A stretch of DNA of 64,000 bases from Acidimicrobiia bacterium (GTDB taxonomy: Bacteria > Actinomycetota > Acidimicrobiia > IMCC26256 > PALSA-610): contig JBBSFB010000018.1 of assembly GCA_038239145.1 (NCBI GenBank), positions 6,560-70,559 on the forward strand, written 5' to 3'. How positions within the stretch are numbered: the first letter of the stretch is position 1; every line of letters begins with the position of its first letter. Below are positions 36,400 through 46,884 of this stretch, piece after piece. The position numbers and the translations under genes are program-made. Below the pieces are notes generated by a model. That model was not told where the DNA came from and did not search any database. It worked only from the letters and a program-made list of their open reading frames with translations.

Positions 36400-37437
36400 A
36401 TGCGCGAGGATCTACGCAGTCGGCTCGTTTCGCTGGGCGCGTCCGACGCCGACATCTCGAGGGCCGACACCCAGGGTTGGCTCCCGCTCCTCGCGTTCGA
36501 GCGCACCTTGTTGCCGGGTGAGCGACGCTACGACCTGGCCGCGCTCGTCCGCGAGGCGGGCATCGACGAAGACCTCGCGCGCGGGTTGTGGCGGGCCGTG
36601 GGCTTCCCCGATGTTCCCGCCGACCTCGCCGTGTTCACGGAACGCGATGTCGAGGCCGCGCGGCTGGCGTTCTCGCAGGCGTCGCCACGCGAGATCGAGC
36701 AGGGGACGCTTTTGCAGCAGGTTCGTGTGATCAGTGGTTCGCTCGCCCGGGTCGCGGCGGTGGAGGCCGAGGGTTTCACCGATCTCCTGGCGGAGCTGAA
36801 GACGCAAGGCGTGCCCGACGAAGAGATCGCACTCGGGCTCCTCGACGACACCCGCCTCGACGAAGTCGGGCTGCTGATCGACTACGTGCACCGTCTGCAG
36901 CTCCGCGCCGCGGTATGGCGGCGGACCGTGCTTGCGGCCGAGCCCGAGATCGCGGTCGCAATCGGTTTCGCCGATCTGGCCGGTTACACACCGCTCAGCG
37001 CGTCGCTCGATGCGATGGAACTCTCCGAGCTGGTCGGCCGCTGGGAAGCTGTCGCCTACGACGCCGTCGCCACGAGCGGCGCCCGGGTCGTGAAGACGAT
37101 CGGCGACGAAGTCATGTACGTCGGTCTGACCAACGAAGCGGTCGCGGCGTCGCTCGCGTTGCGGGAGGCGGCCGCGGCCGCGTCCTTGCCCGCGGTGCGG
37201 ATCGGGCTCGCGGCCGGACCGGTGGTGTCGCGCGACGGTGACTATTTCGGTCCGGTCGTGAACCTCGCGAGCCGGTTGACAGACCTCGCGACTCCGGGAG
37301 AGATGCTGGTCCCGGCGGCGCTTCGCGACGAGCTGCAGGCCGACCCGGCCGGGGCCCTGCACTGGGTGCCGAAGGGAGTTCAGCAGGTCCGCGGCATCGG
37401 GTCGGTCGAGGTCTTTGCGTTGGAGCGCACCAGGTAG
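36400..37437 (+). CDS. Class III adenylate/guanylate cyclase, paralogue of 5735..6853
   Basis: FADLAGYT, VKTIGDEVMYV, GDYFGPVVNLASRL. It has the same helical N-terminal layout of about 190 aa. GGGAG precedes ATG 36400. Confidence 0.85.
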   Translation: MREDLRSRLVSLGASDADISRADTQGWLPLLAFERTLLPGERRYDLAALVREAGIDEDLARGLWRAVGFPDVPADLAVFTERDVEAARLAFSQASPREIEQGTLLQQVRVISGSLARVAAVEAEGFTDLLAELKTQGVPDEEIALGLLDDTRLDEVGLLIDYVHRLQLRAAVWRRTVLAAEPEIAVAIGFADLAGYTPLSASLDAMELSELVGRWEAVAYDAVATSGARVVKTIGDEVMYVGLTNEAVAASLALREAAAAASLPAVRIGLAAGPVVSRDGDYFGPVVNLASRLTDLATPGEMLVPAALRDELQADPAGALHWVPKGVQQVRGIGSVEVFALERTR

Positions 37438-37447
37438 CGTGCCGGGG

Positions 37448-38338
37448 GTGACTGCGGAACACCTGAGCCTGCTCCAAGTCCATGCGCATCCCGACGACGA
37501 AGCGTCAAAGGGTGCCGGCACCACCGCCAAGTACGCGGCTGAGGGTGTGCACAACGTCCTCGTGTGCTGCACGGGCGGGGAGGCCGGCGACATCTTGAAC
37601 CCGGCGGTCGAGCACCCCGGATCGCCGGAAGCGATGTACGAGCTGCGCATGGCCGAGCTCGCGGAGAGTGTGCGCGTGCTCGGCTACGACTCGCTGCACA
37701 TGTTGGGGTACCGGGACAGCGGCATGCCCGACACCGACGACAATGCCCGCGCCGACAACTTCGCCAACGCGCCGCTCGACGAAGCTGTGGGCCGCCTCGT
37801 TGCGATCATCCGCGAAGAGCGGCCGCAAGTGATCATCACCTACCGTGATGATCGCGACTTCTACCCGCACCCGGATCACATCCGGGTGCACGAGATCTCG
37901 GTTCCCGCGTTCGATCTCGCGGGCGACCCCGAGGCGTACCCGGAAGCGGGCGAGCCGTGGCAGCCCCTGAAGATGTACTACGTGTCGTGGTCGATCGCCC
38001 GGGTGAAGGCGCTGCACGAGGCGTATGTCGCCCGCGGTGAGGAGAGCGCGTACGCCTCCTGGTTCGAGCGCGGGTTCGGCAAGGACCGCTCCGACGAGTT
38101 CACGACGCTCGTCGACGTCGGCGACTACCTCGTCAAGCGCCGGGCCGCGCTCCTCGCGCACCGCACGCAGGTCGACCCCGAGGGCCATTGGATGCGCCTG
38201 CCGGACGACGTCATCCGGGAGGTGTTCCCGTGGGAGGAGTACACGCTCGCACGGACCCTCGTCGACAACAACGTGCCCGACGGTGAGTTCGAGGACGATC
38301 TGTTCGCGGGTGTGCGCGAACGTGTACAGCAGCAGTAG
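37448..38338 (+). CDS. mca: Mycothiol S-conjugate amidase (PIG-L family)
   Basis: LLQVHAHPDDEASKGAGTTAKYAAEG...CCTGGEAGDILNP...YPHPDHIRVH...GEPWQPLKMYY closely resembles the actinobacterial Mca/MshB family. GTG 37448. Confidence 0.85.
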   Translation: MTAEHLSLLQVHAHPDDEASKGAGTTAKYAAEGVHNVLVCCTGGEAGDILNPAVEHPGSPEAMYELRMAELAESVRVLGYDSLHMLGYRDSGMPDTDDNARADNFANAPLDEAVGRLVAIIREERPQVIITYRDDRDFYPHPDHIRVHEISVPAFDLAGDPEAYPEAGEPWQPLKMYYVSWSIARVKALHEAYVARGEESAYASWFERGFGKDRSDEFTTLVDVGDYLVKRRAALLAHRTQVDPEGHWMRLPDDVIREVFPWEEYTLARTLVDNNVPDGEFEDDLFAGVRERVQQQ

Positions 38339-38350
38339 GAGGAGCCTCCG

Positions 38351-38650
38351 ATGATCGTCGAGTTCGTCATCGCCGCGGGCAAGAAGGAACAGGCCCGGGG
38401 TTGGGCGCAGGTCGACAACGGAGCCCTGATCTCCAAAGGCACGGGCGCGCCGGCTGAGTCCGCCGACGTCACGTTCACCGCGACCCCCGCCGACGCGCAG
38501 GCCCTGCACGACGGCACGCTCGACCTCTCCGCGGGTTTCATGCGCGGTCAGGTGAAGATGGCCGGCGACTTCGGTGCCCTCCTCCGGTTCTTGCCCCTCA
38601 CGAGCGGCGCCCCGCCGGCCGTGGCGGTCGCCGCGCTCCTCCCCGGCTGA
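38351..38650 (+). CDS. SCP2 sterol-binding domain protein
   Basis: ...TFTATPADAQALHDGTLDLSAGFMRGQVKMAGDFGALLRF is an SCP2-type pattern. AGGAGGAG lies upstream. Confidence 0.7.
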   Translation: MIVEFVIAAGKKEQARGWAQVDNGALISKGTGAPAESADVTFTATPADAQALHDGTLDLSAGFMRGQVKMAGDFGALLRFLPLTSGAPPAVAVAALLPG

Positions 38651-38663
38651 CGCCGGACCGCGC

Positions 38664-39857
38664 TCAGCCGACGACGCCCGCCGCGCGGAGGTCGGCGACG
38701 CGGTCGCCGAGGCCGATGTCGCACAGGATCTCGTCGGTGTGCTCGCCCAACATCGGTGCCGGCCCGCCAAGGGGCGGTCGGCTCCCGCCGAATGCCGACG
38801 GATGCCGCGGTTGGCGGAGGCGGCCCGCAATCGGGTGCACCGAATCCTCGAACAGCCCGATTGCCTGAGCGTGCCGATCGCTCGCAAGCTCGGTGGGTGT
38901 CAACACCACCCCGCAGGGGACGTTGTGCGATTCGAGGGCGCCGATCGCGGCTGCCGTCGTCATCTCGGTTGCGGCCGCGTAGCAGCGATTCATGATCTCC
39001 CGCAGCAACTCGCGGTGCTGGGATCGTTGCCCGATCGTCGCGACGCGCGGGTCTTCATAACCGTCGACGCCGAACGACTTGCACATACCGGCGAAGTCGG
39101 CATCGGACGTGGGGGTACAGATGCCCCACCCGTCGCGAAACTGGAAGGGCCGAAAGTTCCCGACGAAGCTCGACGGTTGCGAACGGTCGGCATCCTGCAT
39201 CACTTCGTTCCCGGCCGAGTCGGCCCAGAGGAACGACACGACGGCATCGAGCATCGCGAGCTGCACGTGTGCGCCTGCACCTGAGCGTTCGCGGGCGAAG
39301 AGCGCGGCGGTGATGGCCTGCGCCGCGTAGAGCGCGGTCACTTTGTCGGCCGCGGTCTGGTTGAGGAAGTGCGGCGCGCCGGTGTCGGCGTCGGCCTGGT
39401 TCGCGGCGAAGCCTCCGTAGGCCTGGATCACCGTGTCGTACGCGCCCTTGGTCGCATACGGGCCGGTCGGCCCGAAGCCCGACAACGACGCGTAGACGAC
39501 GGAGTCGTTGATCGCGCGCACGTCGTCGTAGCCGATGCCGAGGCGTTCGACCACGCCGGGACGAAAGTTCTGCACCACGACGTCGGCCTCGGCCATGAGC
39601 TGCATGATGATGTCGCGTCCCGCGGGCTGGTGCACATCGACCGCGAGGGAGCGCTTCCCGCGGTTGCACATCTGTGCGAGCGCGCTCAGCCCGTTGACCG
39701 ACACGCCCACGTAGCGCCCGATGTCGCCGAATCCCGGGCGCTCGATCTTGATCACCTCCGCGCCCTGGTCGCCGAGCAGCGCCACTGCGTACGGACCGGT
39801 GAGAGCGATCGACAGGTCGACGACCTGGATGCCGGCGAGGGGAAGTGGGTTGGTCAT
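38664..39857 (-). CDS. CoA transferase family III (CaiB/BaiF)
   Basis: LAGIQVVDLS..LTGPYA...GAEVIKIE, ADVVVQNFRPG. ATG 39857 lies inside the 663-aa track ORF. Confidence 0.9.
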   Translation of the reverse strand: MTNPLPLAGIQVVDLSIALTGPYAVALLGDQGAEVIKIERPGFGDIGRYVGVSVNGLSALAQMCNRGKRSLAVDVHQPAGRDIIMQLMAEADVVVQNFRPGVVERLGIGYDDVRAINDSVVYASLSGFGPTGPYATKGAYDTVIQAYGGFAANQADADTGAPHFLNQTAADKVTALYAAQAITAALFARERSGAGAHVQLAMLDAVVSFLWADSAGNEVMQDADRSQPSSFVGNFRPFQFRDGWGICTPTSDADFAGMCKSFGVDGYEDPRVATIGQRSQHRELLREIMNRCYAAATEMTTAAAIGALESHNVPCGVVLTPTELASDRHAQAIGLFEDSVHPIAGRLRQPRHPSAFGGSRPPLGGPAPMLGEHTDEILCDIGLGDRVADLRAAGVVG

Positions 39858-40963
39858 GCGTCGAACTCCGAGTTGGTGCGGGGTCGCCCCCCGGGGCCGC
39901 TGTAAGCGAGCCCGTATCCGGGCGGGATTGCGAAGCCGGGATCGGGCAACGCTCCGAGCGCACGCTGCCAGGAGTCGATCAGGCGGTCCTCGGCCTCGTA
40001 GTCGAACGGATCGGTGAGCACGAGCTCCTCTTGGCCTCCGGGTGGGCACGGATTCTCGACGAGCCAGCGTGCGGTCGTACCTACGGCAATACGCGCGGGT
40101 ACGACGTCGCGATATCCGAGCACGGTTCGGACGCGGGCGATGTCGAGGACCCGGTGCGTCGGCAGCGGCTGCGCGAGCAACGGTCGGGCGGGGAGCGCGA
40201 GCTCGAACGGCATGGAGACGATCTCGAGCGGGTGCCCCAACGCTCCGGCGATCGTCTCGATCACCTGACGGATGGACAGGACCTCTTCGTCGCCGATGTT
40301 GAAGAGGTTTCCGGCGGCGGCGTCGGGTTGTTCGATCGCGAGCAGCAGCGCGTGCGCGAGGTTCTCGGTGTAGCCGTGATGATGCAGCGTGAGTCCGTCG
40401 TCGGCGACGACGATGCGCTCGCGCCCGTCGAGGATGCGCCGGACGATGAGCCACTCGCGCGGTACGAGCTGGTGCGGCCCGTAGACGTACGGATAGCGAA
40501 AGTGCGCCGCCTGCGGATGATGCGAGAACACTGCCGCCTCGGTGCGCGCGATGCGGTAGCCCTTCTCGTCGTCGATGGCGCGTTCGACGGACGCGGCGGC
40601 TTCGGTCACGGGCACGGGCAGACCGGCCGGATCGAACGCCCAGGGATTCATCCAACCGAGATACGCGGGCACGCCGCCCACCGAGACGAACTGACCGACC
40701 CGGCCCGCCGACAGCTCCGCGATCCGGCGGAGCCGCCCGTACATGGCGACCACGACGTCGAACGACAAGGTTCCGTCGAACAGGTCGTGCAGGGCGTCAT
40801 CGTCGTAAGGATCGGCGTGCACGTGCGCGACCTCGGCCGGCGTCTCCGCCCGTTCGTGCAGCCCTCGGTGCACGATCGTCACGTCGAAGTCGCGCTCGAC
40901 GAGCCCACGCACGAGGGGGATCCCGGTTGGTCCCGTCCCACCGATCACCAGAGCCCGCGTCAC
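39854..40963 (-). CDS. NAD-dependent epimerase/dehydratase family protein
   Basis: ALVIGGTGPTGIPLVRGL Rossmann motif. GTG 40963. Its stop overlaps the ATG of the CoA transferase (ATGA). Confidence 0.8.
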   Translation of the reverse strand: MTRALVIGGTGPTGIPLVRGLVERDFDVTIVHRGLHERAETPAEVAHVHADPYDDDALHDLFDGTLSFDVVVAMYGRLRRIAELSAGRVGQFVSVGGVPAYLGWMNPWAFDPAGLPVPVTEAAASVERAIDDEKGYRIARTEAAVFSHHPQAAHFRYPYVYGPHQLVPREWLIVRRILDGRERIVVADDGLTLHHHGYTENLAHALLLAIEQPDAAAGNLFNIGDEEVLSIRQVIETIAGALGHPLEIVSMPFELALPARPLLAQPLPTHRVLDIARVRTVLGYRDVVPARIAVGTTARWLVENPCPPGGQEELVLTDPFDYEAEDRLIDSWQRALGALPDPGFAIPPGYGLAYSGPGGRPRTNSEFDA

Positions 40964-40977
40964 GGGTTCGACGCTAC

Positions 40978-41979
40978 CTACTCCCAGGCGAAGTCGGCGC
41001 CGATGGTCACCAATTCGGCCTTGGTGTTCGCGTCGCAGAGCGCGCCCTGGAGCCCGGCCGCGTAGGCGGCCCGGGCCGTCAGACCCAACGCGGCCGCGGT
41101 CTCGTACTCGCGGGTCAGGTCGGTGTCGAACATCGCGGGATCGTCGGTGCTGATCGAGCAGACGACGCCGGCCGCGAGCATCGCCGCGAGCGGGTGATGT
41201 TCGATGGAGTCGACGGCCTTGAGGCGCAGGTTCGACACCGGGCACACGTCGCACACCACGCCCCGCGCCGCGATCTCGTCGAGCAGCGCGGGATCGTCGG
41301 CGGCTCGGATGCCGTGACGCAGACGGTCGGCGCCGAGCGCGTCGAGTGCACCCCGAACCGATGCGACCCCTTCGGTCTCACCAGCATGGGGGACCGAGCC
41401 CAGCCCACCGTCCTTGGCGATGCGAAACGGCTTCTCGAACGGCTCGGGCGGAAAACCCGCCTCTGGTCCGCCCAGACCAACGCCGACGACACCGCGGTCG
41501 CGGTACTTGATCGCGAAACGCGCCGTCTCCATCGCGGCTTCGAGCGGGAACGTGCGGGGGATGTCGGGCGTGAGTCGTACTTCGACCCCGGTTTTCTCCC
41601 GTGCTTCCGCGGCGCCGTCGCAGAACCCGGAGAACACTTCGTCCCACGACGCGCCGCCGCGCACGCGCTCGGCCGGCGTGAAGATGCCTTCGATGTACAC
41701 GGCGCCGTGCGTGGCAGCTTCCTCGGCGTACGCCACGACGAGCTGGCGGAAGTCGATCTCGGTGCGGATGACGTGGGTCGTCATCAGCCACAGCTCGAGG
41801 AAGTGATCGAAATTCTGGAAGCGGTACAACTCGGCGAGCTGGGCTGCGTCGTGTGTCGGCAGCGTCTGGCCGTTGCGCTCGGCGATCTCGATCAGTGCTG
41901 CAGGTCGGACCGAACCTTCGAGGTGTACGTGCAGCTCGATCTTGGGTGTCGTGCCGCCGGTGGGCGTGGTGGCGGGCAT
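40978..41979 (-). CDS. add: Adenosine deaminase
   Basis: KIELHVHLEGS, HAGE, SISTDDP. ATG 41979 lies inside the 374-aa track ORF. Confidence 0.9.
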   Translation of the reverse strand: MPATTPTGGTTPKIELHVHLEGSVRPAALIEIAERNGQTLPTHDAAQLAELYRFQNFDHFLELWLMTTHVIRTEIDFRQLVVAYAEEAATHGAVYIEGIFTPAERVRGGASWDEVFSGFCDGAAEAREKTGVEVRLTPDIPRTFPLEAAMETARFAIKYRDRGVVGVGLGGPEAGFPPEPFEKPFRIAKDGGLGSVPHAGETEGVASVRGALDALGADRLRHGIRAADDPALLDEIAARGVVCDVCPVSNLRLKAVDSIEHHPLAAMLAAGVVCSISTDDPAMFDTDLTREYETAAALGLTARAAYAAGLQGALCDANTKAELVTIGADFAWE

Positions 41980-42107
41980 GTCGGCTCCTGGTGCGTCGAA
42001 AGCGGGTACTTGCTCTCGCCGCGACCCGGGGCCTTCAGGCGCTGCCCTTCTGGTCAGCTCGTGACCCGACGAAGTTACCTCGGCCGGGTACTCCGGGGGC
42101 AAGCCTT

Positions 42108-42950
42108 TTACGACGAAAGCGATTGCTCGGCGCGCTGCAACTCCCGCAGCTCGCGGTACCCGATCGGAGTCACGCCGGCCCGGTCGATGAGGTCACGGAA
42201 CGAGGGATCACGCGTGAGGTAGGCGTGATCCTCGACGCGTGCCGCCCAGTCGGGATGCGACGCCCGCAGCTCGTCGGTGTCGATGCCGGGGTGCAGATAC
42301 ACCTCGGTGACGCCGGGTGCGAGATCGAAGAGTGCTTTCTCGATCGAACGCCGGGAGCCGACGCTCGTGTACACGAAGTGGTCGGGGAAGACGACGCCCT
42401 CTTCGAGCGCGAGCCGGCGGTACGGGAAGCCGACGAGACGCTCGGCACTCGCGCCGGCCATCCGCAGCGGCAGCCGGAAGTCGACCGCGAGCTCGAGGTA
42501 GATGTCGAAGAATTCGGGTCGGAGCTGCATGGTCCCCATGTGGGAGTCGAGGTGCGACACGTCGAAGCCCCAATAGATCGCCCGTTCGAGCTGGGCCCGG
42601 CACTCCTTGCGCACCTCGTCGAGGTCGGCGTGATCCCAGACGTCCTCGATGGTGCGGGGGAAGCCGCCGTCGCCGTCGAGCAGGCTCGGGGAGTGGGTGA
42701 CTGGTCCCCAGCGGTACGTGTCCCACTCCGCGTTGAGGGTCAGGTGCACGCCCACGTCGTCGCCCCGGTACATCGCGGCCGCGTCGCGCGCCCACGGGCA
42801 CGGCACCATCAACGTCGCGCTCGTGGCCGAGCCCTCGCGCAACGCTTCGTAGACGGCAACGTTCGCCGACCGCGACGATCCGAGGTCGTCGCAGTTGACG
42901 ATCAGCAGCTTCGCGTCGGAGGCGTACCCGAGTCGTTCCGCAAGGCTCAC
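42108..42950 (-). CDS. YdjC/ChbG family carbohydrate deacetylase
   Basis: LIVNCDDLGSS..N, HLDSHMG. GTG start at 42950. Confidence 0.85.
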   Translation of the reverse strand: MSLAERLGYASDAKLLIVNCDDLGSSRSANVAVYEALREGSATSATLMVPCPWARDAAAMYRGDDVGVHLTLNAEWDTYRWGPVTHSPSLLDGDGGFPRTIEDVWDHADLDEVRKECRAQLERAIYWGFDVSHLDSHMGTMQLRPEFFDIYLELAVDFRLPLRMAGASAERLVGFPYRRLALEEGVVFPDHFVYTSVGSRRSIEKALFDLAPGVTEVYLHPGIDTDELRASHPDWAARVEDHAYLTRDPSFRDLIDRAGVTPIGYRELRELQRAEQSLSS

Positions 42951-42961
42951 GACCCGAGAGG

Positions 42962-43024
42962 CTACGCGAAGTCCCTCGACTTCGCGTAGTGCGAGAAATC
43001 AGCACTATCCGCTGAAATCTCGCA
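42962..43024. promoter_or_regulatory. Two adjacent palindromes upstream of the ydjC-like gene
   Basis: IR1 is CTACGCGAAGT-ccctcg-ACTTCGCGTAG (42962-42989, perfect 11 bp). IR2 is TGCGAGAAATCAGC-actatcc-GCTGAAATCTCGCA (42990-43024, 12 of 14 bp). The stretch is locally AT-richer, with a repeated GAAAT motif continuing to about 43070. Confidence 0.4.
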
Positions 43025-43076
43025 CAATTGTTGGTGGGGAAATCAACGAATGGCGATGAAATTCCGCACTACATCG

Positions 43077-43523
43077 TCATCTGGGTGGGAGGGCTTGCTC
43101 GACCGCTTCCGCGAACCGGCGCAGCTTGCGGCCGCGGAGGGCTTCGATCTCGACGACGGACCCGTTGGTCAGCGCGAACGCGACGCCGGTCACGATGCCG
43201 TGCTGGGCGGCGACGATCTGGGCGATGTCGCCGAACGCGAGCGCGCTCCAGTACGCGGTCGGCGGGTAGCCCCAGAACGTGGGTTTTCCGAACAGGACGC
43301 GACGGTCGGAGGCGGCGACGACCATGTCGGGCGGGACGGTCGGGAACCCCGTCTGGATGACGGCGTTGTGCCACTCGGCGTAGGCGCGCATGCGCATCCG
43401 ACCGGAGCCGAGTGCGAACGTCGCCCGCGTGCTCGTAGCTGCCGCGCCCCGAAAGCTGGCGCGCGCGATCGCCCGGAGCTCCTCACCCGATTCGAGCTCG
43501 GTCAGCTCGCGCGGCGCGCTCAA
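43077..43523 (-). CDS. Hypothetical protein (106-148 aa)
   Basis: ...[62 protein letters not shown]... A TTG at 43523 overlaps the thiolase stop (TTGA); alternatively ATG 43397. No family recognised. Confidence 0.45.
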   Translation of the reverse strand: MSAPRELTELESGEELRAIARASFRGAAATSTRATFALGSGRMRMRAYAEWHNAVIQTGFPTVPPDMVVAASDRRVLFGKPTFWGYPPTAYWSALAFGDIAQIVAAQHGIVTGVAFALTNGSVVEIEALRGRKLRRFAEAVEQALPPR

Positions 43524-44707
43524 ACGCGTTCGAGCACCGTGCCCGTGCCGAGGCCCCCGCCGCAGCACATCGTCACGAGTGCGTACTGCCCGTCGATCCG
43601 TTCCAGCTCGTGGAGCGCGGTGGTGATCAAGCGGGCGCCGGTAGCGCCGACCGGGTGACCGAGGGCGATGGCGCCGCCGTTGGGGTTCACCTTGGCCAGG
43701 TCGGCCTTGACCTCGCGTTCCCACGCGAGCACCACCGACGCGAAGGCTTCGTTGATCTCGATCGTGTCGAAGTCGTCGATGCCGAGACCGGTGCGTTCCA
43801 TCATGCGCCGCGTCGCATCGATCGGCCCGGTGAGCATCAGAACGGGATCGACGCCGACGAGACACTGGTCGACGATGCGGGCCCGTGGCCTCAAGCCGAG
43901 TTCGCGCGCTTTGCGAACGGTAGTGAGGAGCACCGCGGCCGAACCGTCGGTGATCTGCGACGACGACCCGGCAGTGTGGACGCCGTTCTCGCGCCCGACC
44001 GGCTTCAGCTTCGCGAGTGCCTCCAACGACGTCTCCCGCAGTCCCTCGTCGCGCGACACATGATGGGTCGTTCCGGTCGGCTTGCCGTCGGCGTCGACAT
44101 CGGGCGCGTCGACGGGGAGCACCTCACGTTCGAAGCGACCTTCGGCCCACGCCTGCTGCGCGCGCTGTTGCGACAGCAGCCCGAACGCGTCGCAGTCGGC
44201 GCGCGTGACGCCCCACTTGTCGGCGATGCGCTCGGCGCCTTCGAACTGGCTCGTCAACTCGTAGTGACCTTTGTACGACGGGGGGTTCGGCCGGCCGAGA
44301 TCCTTGCCGACGCCCGACCCGAGCGGAATCCGGCTCATCGACTCGATGCCGCACGCGAGCGCGACGTCGATCACGCCGGACGCGACCATGGCCGTCGCCA
44401 GGTTCGTGGCCTGCTGCGAGGATCCGCACTGGCTGTCGACGGTCGTGCCCGCGACCTCCATCGGCAGCCCCGCGCTCAACCACGCCGTGCGTGCGATGTT
44501 GAACGTCTGCTCGCCGACCTGGCTCACGCAGCCGCCGATGACCTGGCCGACCTCGAGCGGGTCGATCCCGGCACGGTCGAGGGCCGCGCGCTGCACGAGC
44601 CCGAGCAGATCTGCGGGGTGCATGGTCTTCAGGGCGCCGTTGCGGCGACCGAGCGGTGCGCGGACCGCCTCGACGATGACGACGTCGTTGTCGTTGAACT
44701 CGGGCAC
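43520..44707 (-). CDS. Acetyl-CoA acetyltransferase (thiolase)
   Basis: [11 protein letters not shown] (active Cys), [31 protein letters not shown] precedes GTG 44707. Confidence 0.95.
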   Translation of the reverse strand: MPEFNDNDVVIVEAVRAPLGRRNGALKTMHPADLLGLVQRAALDRAGIDPLEVGQVIGGCVSQVGEQTFNIARTAWLSAGLPMEVAGTTVDSQCGSSQQATNLATAMVASGVIDVALACGIESMSRIPLGSGVGKDLGRPNPPSYKGHYELTSQFEGAERIADKWGVTRADCDAFGLLSQQRAQQAWAEGRFEREVLPVDAPDVDADGKPTGTTHHVSRDEGLRETSLEALAKLKPVGRENGVHTAGSSSQITDGSAAVLLTTVRKARELGLRPRARIVDQCLVGVDPVLMLTGPIDATRRMMERTGLGIDDFDTIEINEAFASVVLAWEREVKADLAKVNPNGGAIALGHPVGATGARLITTALHELERIDGQYALVTMCCGGGLGTGTVLERV

Positions 44708-44792
44708 GTGTACTCCTCGGAGATCGGAACCGCAGTCTCTTGGATCGTACCGGTGACCCGCCCGGACCGGTCCGAGGCGCGAGGATGGCCGG

Positions 44793-45428
44793 ATGCGCAG
44801 AGCCTTGATCGTGATCTCGTGCGCGGCGCTGCCGCTGGCCGCGTGCGGCAGCAGCAGCGGGAAGGATGCAGTGTCGACCGACACGTCGACGAGCGCGGCC
44901 AGCTCGACCACCGCGGCCGGCCCCACCACCACGAGCACGACTGTCGAGCTCCCGACCACGTCGCTGCCCTGCCAGCCCGTCCCGGTCCCGGCCACACCGG
45001 TTGCGAGCCCGGTGCCGACCGCGCAGTCGGCGTACCTCACGAACGTGCAGGACCAGAGCGACGGGTGCGTCGACCATGTGATCTTCGACTACATCGGTAA
45101 AGGCGCCGATCCGGTCGGCTACTCGCTGACGTACGGCGTCGCACCCTTCGTCGCCACCGGCTCGGCTGCGCCCGTTGCCGTGGCAGGAACCGCGTTCGTC
45201 GTGGTCACGGTCAAGCCCGGCTACGGCTTCGACTTCGAGACGGGGAAGGCCAGCTACACCGGGCCGAAGAGCATCACACTCGGCCACACGAACCACGTGA
45301 AGGCGATCGTGGAGACGGGCGACTTCGAGGGGACGCTCACCTGGGTGATCGGGCTCGATGCCAAGCGCCCGTTCAGCGTCCAGGCGACGGGCACGCCCCG
45401 CCACCAGCTTGTCGTCACGATCAGCTAA
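44793..45428 (+). CDS. Lipoprotein, unknown function
   Basis: Lipobox LPLAAC after MRRALIVISCAA, then a Ser/Thr/Pro linker and a beta-rich C-terminal domain. Confidence 0.7.
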   Translation: MRRALIVISCAALPLAACGSSSGKDAVSTDTSTSAASSTTAAGPTTTSTTVELPTTSLPCQPVPVPATPVASPVPTAQSAYLTNVQDQSDGCVDHVIFDYIGKGADPVGYSLTYGVAPFVATGSAAPVAVAGTAFVVVTVKPGYGFDFETGKASYTGPKSITLGHTNHVKAIVETGDFEGTLTWVIGLDAKRPFSVQATGTPRHQLVVTIS

Positions 45429-45456
45429 GAGGCGATCGGCCGTTGACGGCTGACCG

Positions 45457-46449
45457 TCACCGGCAGTCGAGGATGACCTTGCCGAACGTCGCGTCCGACT
45501 CGAGCAGCGCGTAGGCATCGTTCGCGCGATCGAGGGGCAGCGTCGCCTCGACGACCGGTGCGATCCGCCCGTCGACCAGCAACGGGACGACGTCGCGTAC
45601 GAACGCGTCTGTCGCGGCTGCTTTCTCGGCGATGTCGCGTCCCCGCAGCACGGTGCCGATGACGGTGAGCCGCTTGGCGAGGATCGCCATGATCGGCAAC
45701 GTGGCCCGCCCGCCCGCGATGGTGCCGATGCAGACGATGCGGCCCCTGGGCGCGGCCGCATTCACGTCCGCGACCACGTAGTCGCCGCCGACGAGATCGA
45801 GGACGACGTTCGGGCCGCCGCCCGTCGCTTCGACGATCGCCCACGCGAGCGCGTCGGTGTCGAGCGCACCTTCGGCGGTCCGCGTCGGTTCGATCCCGAC
45901 GTCGAGCCCGAGCGGCCGGCAGCGTTCGAGCTTGGCCGCGGTGCGCGCGGTGCCGACGACGCGGGCGCCGAGCTCGTGGGCGAGTTGGAGCGCGGCGGTC
46001 CCGACGCCGGAACCGACCGCATGGACGAGCAGCCACTCGCCCGCAGCGACGTGTGCTTGCGTGACCATGGCGTCGTGCGCGGTGACGAAGACCTCGGGCA
46101 CGCCGCCCATCGCAACGAGGTCGAGGTGATCGGCGACGACCGCGCAGTGCACCGCCGGGACCGCGACGTACTCGGCCTGCGCGCCACCGCCGATGATGCC
46201 GAAGACGCGATCGCCGACCGCGCGCGTCGTGACCTCGGCGCCGATCGCGGTGACGACGCCCGCGAACTCCATACCGGGAATGTCGACGGGTACACCGGGC
46301 GGCGGCGGGTAGCGACCGGCGCGTTGCAGGAGGTCGGCGCGGTTCAGACCGGCACCGTGGACCCGCACCACGACCTCGCGGGGCGCCGGCTCCGGGACGG
46401 GTCGCTCGGCCACCTCCAGACGGCCCTCGGAGATCGTGATCGCACGCAC
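45457..46449 (-). CDS. NADPH:quinone oxidoreductase / zinc-type alcohol dehydrogenase superfamily
   Basis: RVHGAGLNRADLLQRAGRYPPPPG, HAVGSGVGTAALQLA. GTG start. Confidence 0.9.
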   Translation of the reverse strand: MRAITISEGRLEVAERPVPEPAPREVVVRVHGAGLNRADLLQRAGRYPPPPGVPVDIPGMEFAGVVTAIGAEVTTRAVGDRVFGIIGGGAQAEYVAVPAVHCAVVADHLDLVAMGGVPEVFVTAHDAMVTQAHVAAGEWLLVHAVGSGVGTAALQLAHELGARVVGTARTAAKLERCRPLGLDVGIEPTRTAEGALDTDALAWAIVEATGGGPNVVLDLVGGDYVVADVNAAAPRGRIVCIGTIAGGRATLPIMAILAKRLTVIGTVLRGRDIAEKAAATDAFVRDVVPLLVDGRIAPVVEATLPLDRANDAYALLESDATFGKVILDCR

Positions 46450-46470
46450 GAGTCAGCAACCTAGCGGGCT

Positions 46471-46857
46471 GTGGGGTGTGGCCGAAGGCGGCGCTACCGT
46501 CGAGACGTGGCCGCTGGGCTCGTGATCATGGATGAGGACGGGAACGAGGTCGTGCTCGACGCGCGCGAGGCGGAATGCCTCTTCCTGCTGACCGGTGGCC
46601 TCGAAGCCGCCACGATCTCCGCGTGCCCGGGGTGCCGCTGCCGGGTGCTCGCGGGCATGGCGCTCGTCGATCTGCTCGACGCCGCGCCCCCGCACCCGTG
46701 CAGCACTGCGCTGGTCGAGCTCGCCGACGACGCGCCGACGATGCACCTCTATGTCGTCGACAGCGCCACCGAGTGCGATCACCCGCACTGGCGGGATCCG
46801 CTCTTCGACGAGTGGCTCGACGCCGGGGTCTCGCCCGGTCCGCACGTGCGCCGCTGA
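46471..46857 (+). CDS. Hypothetical Cys-containing protein
   Basis: ...VIMDEDGNEVVLDAREAECLFLLTGG...CPGCRC...ECDHPHWRDPLFDEWL. The start is uncertain (46471, 46507 or 46528). No family recognised. Confidence 0.4.
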   Translation: MGCGRRRRYRRDVAAGLVIMDEDGNEVVLDAREAECLFLLTGGLEAATISACPGCRCRVLAGMALVDLLDAAPPHPCSTALVELADDAPTMHLYVVDSATECDHPHWRDPLFDEWLDAGVSPGPHVRR

Positions 46858-46884
46858 CCGCGAAACCCGGAATGCGGGCTCGGC

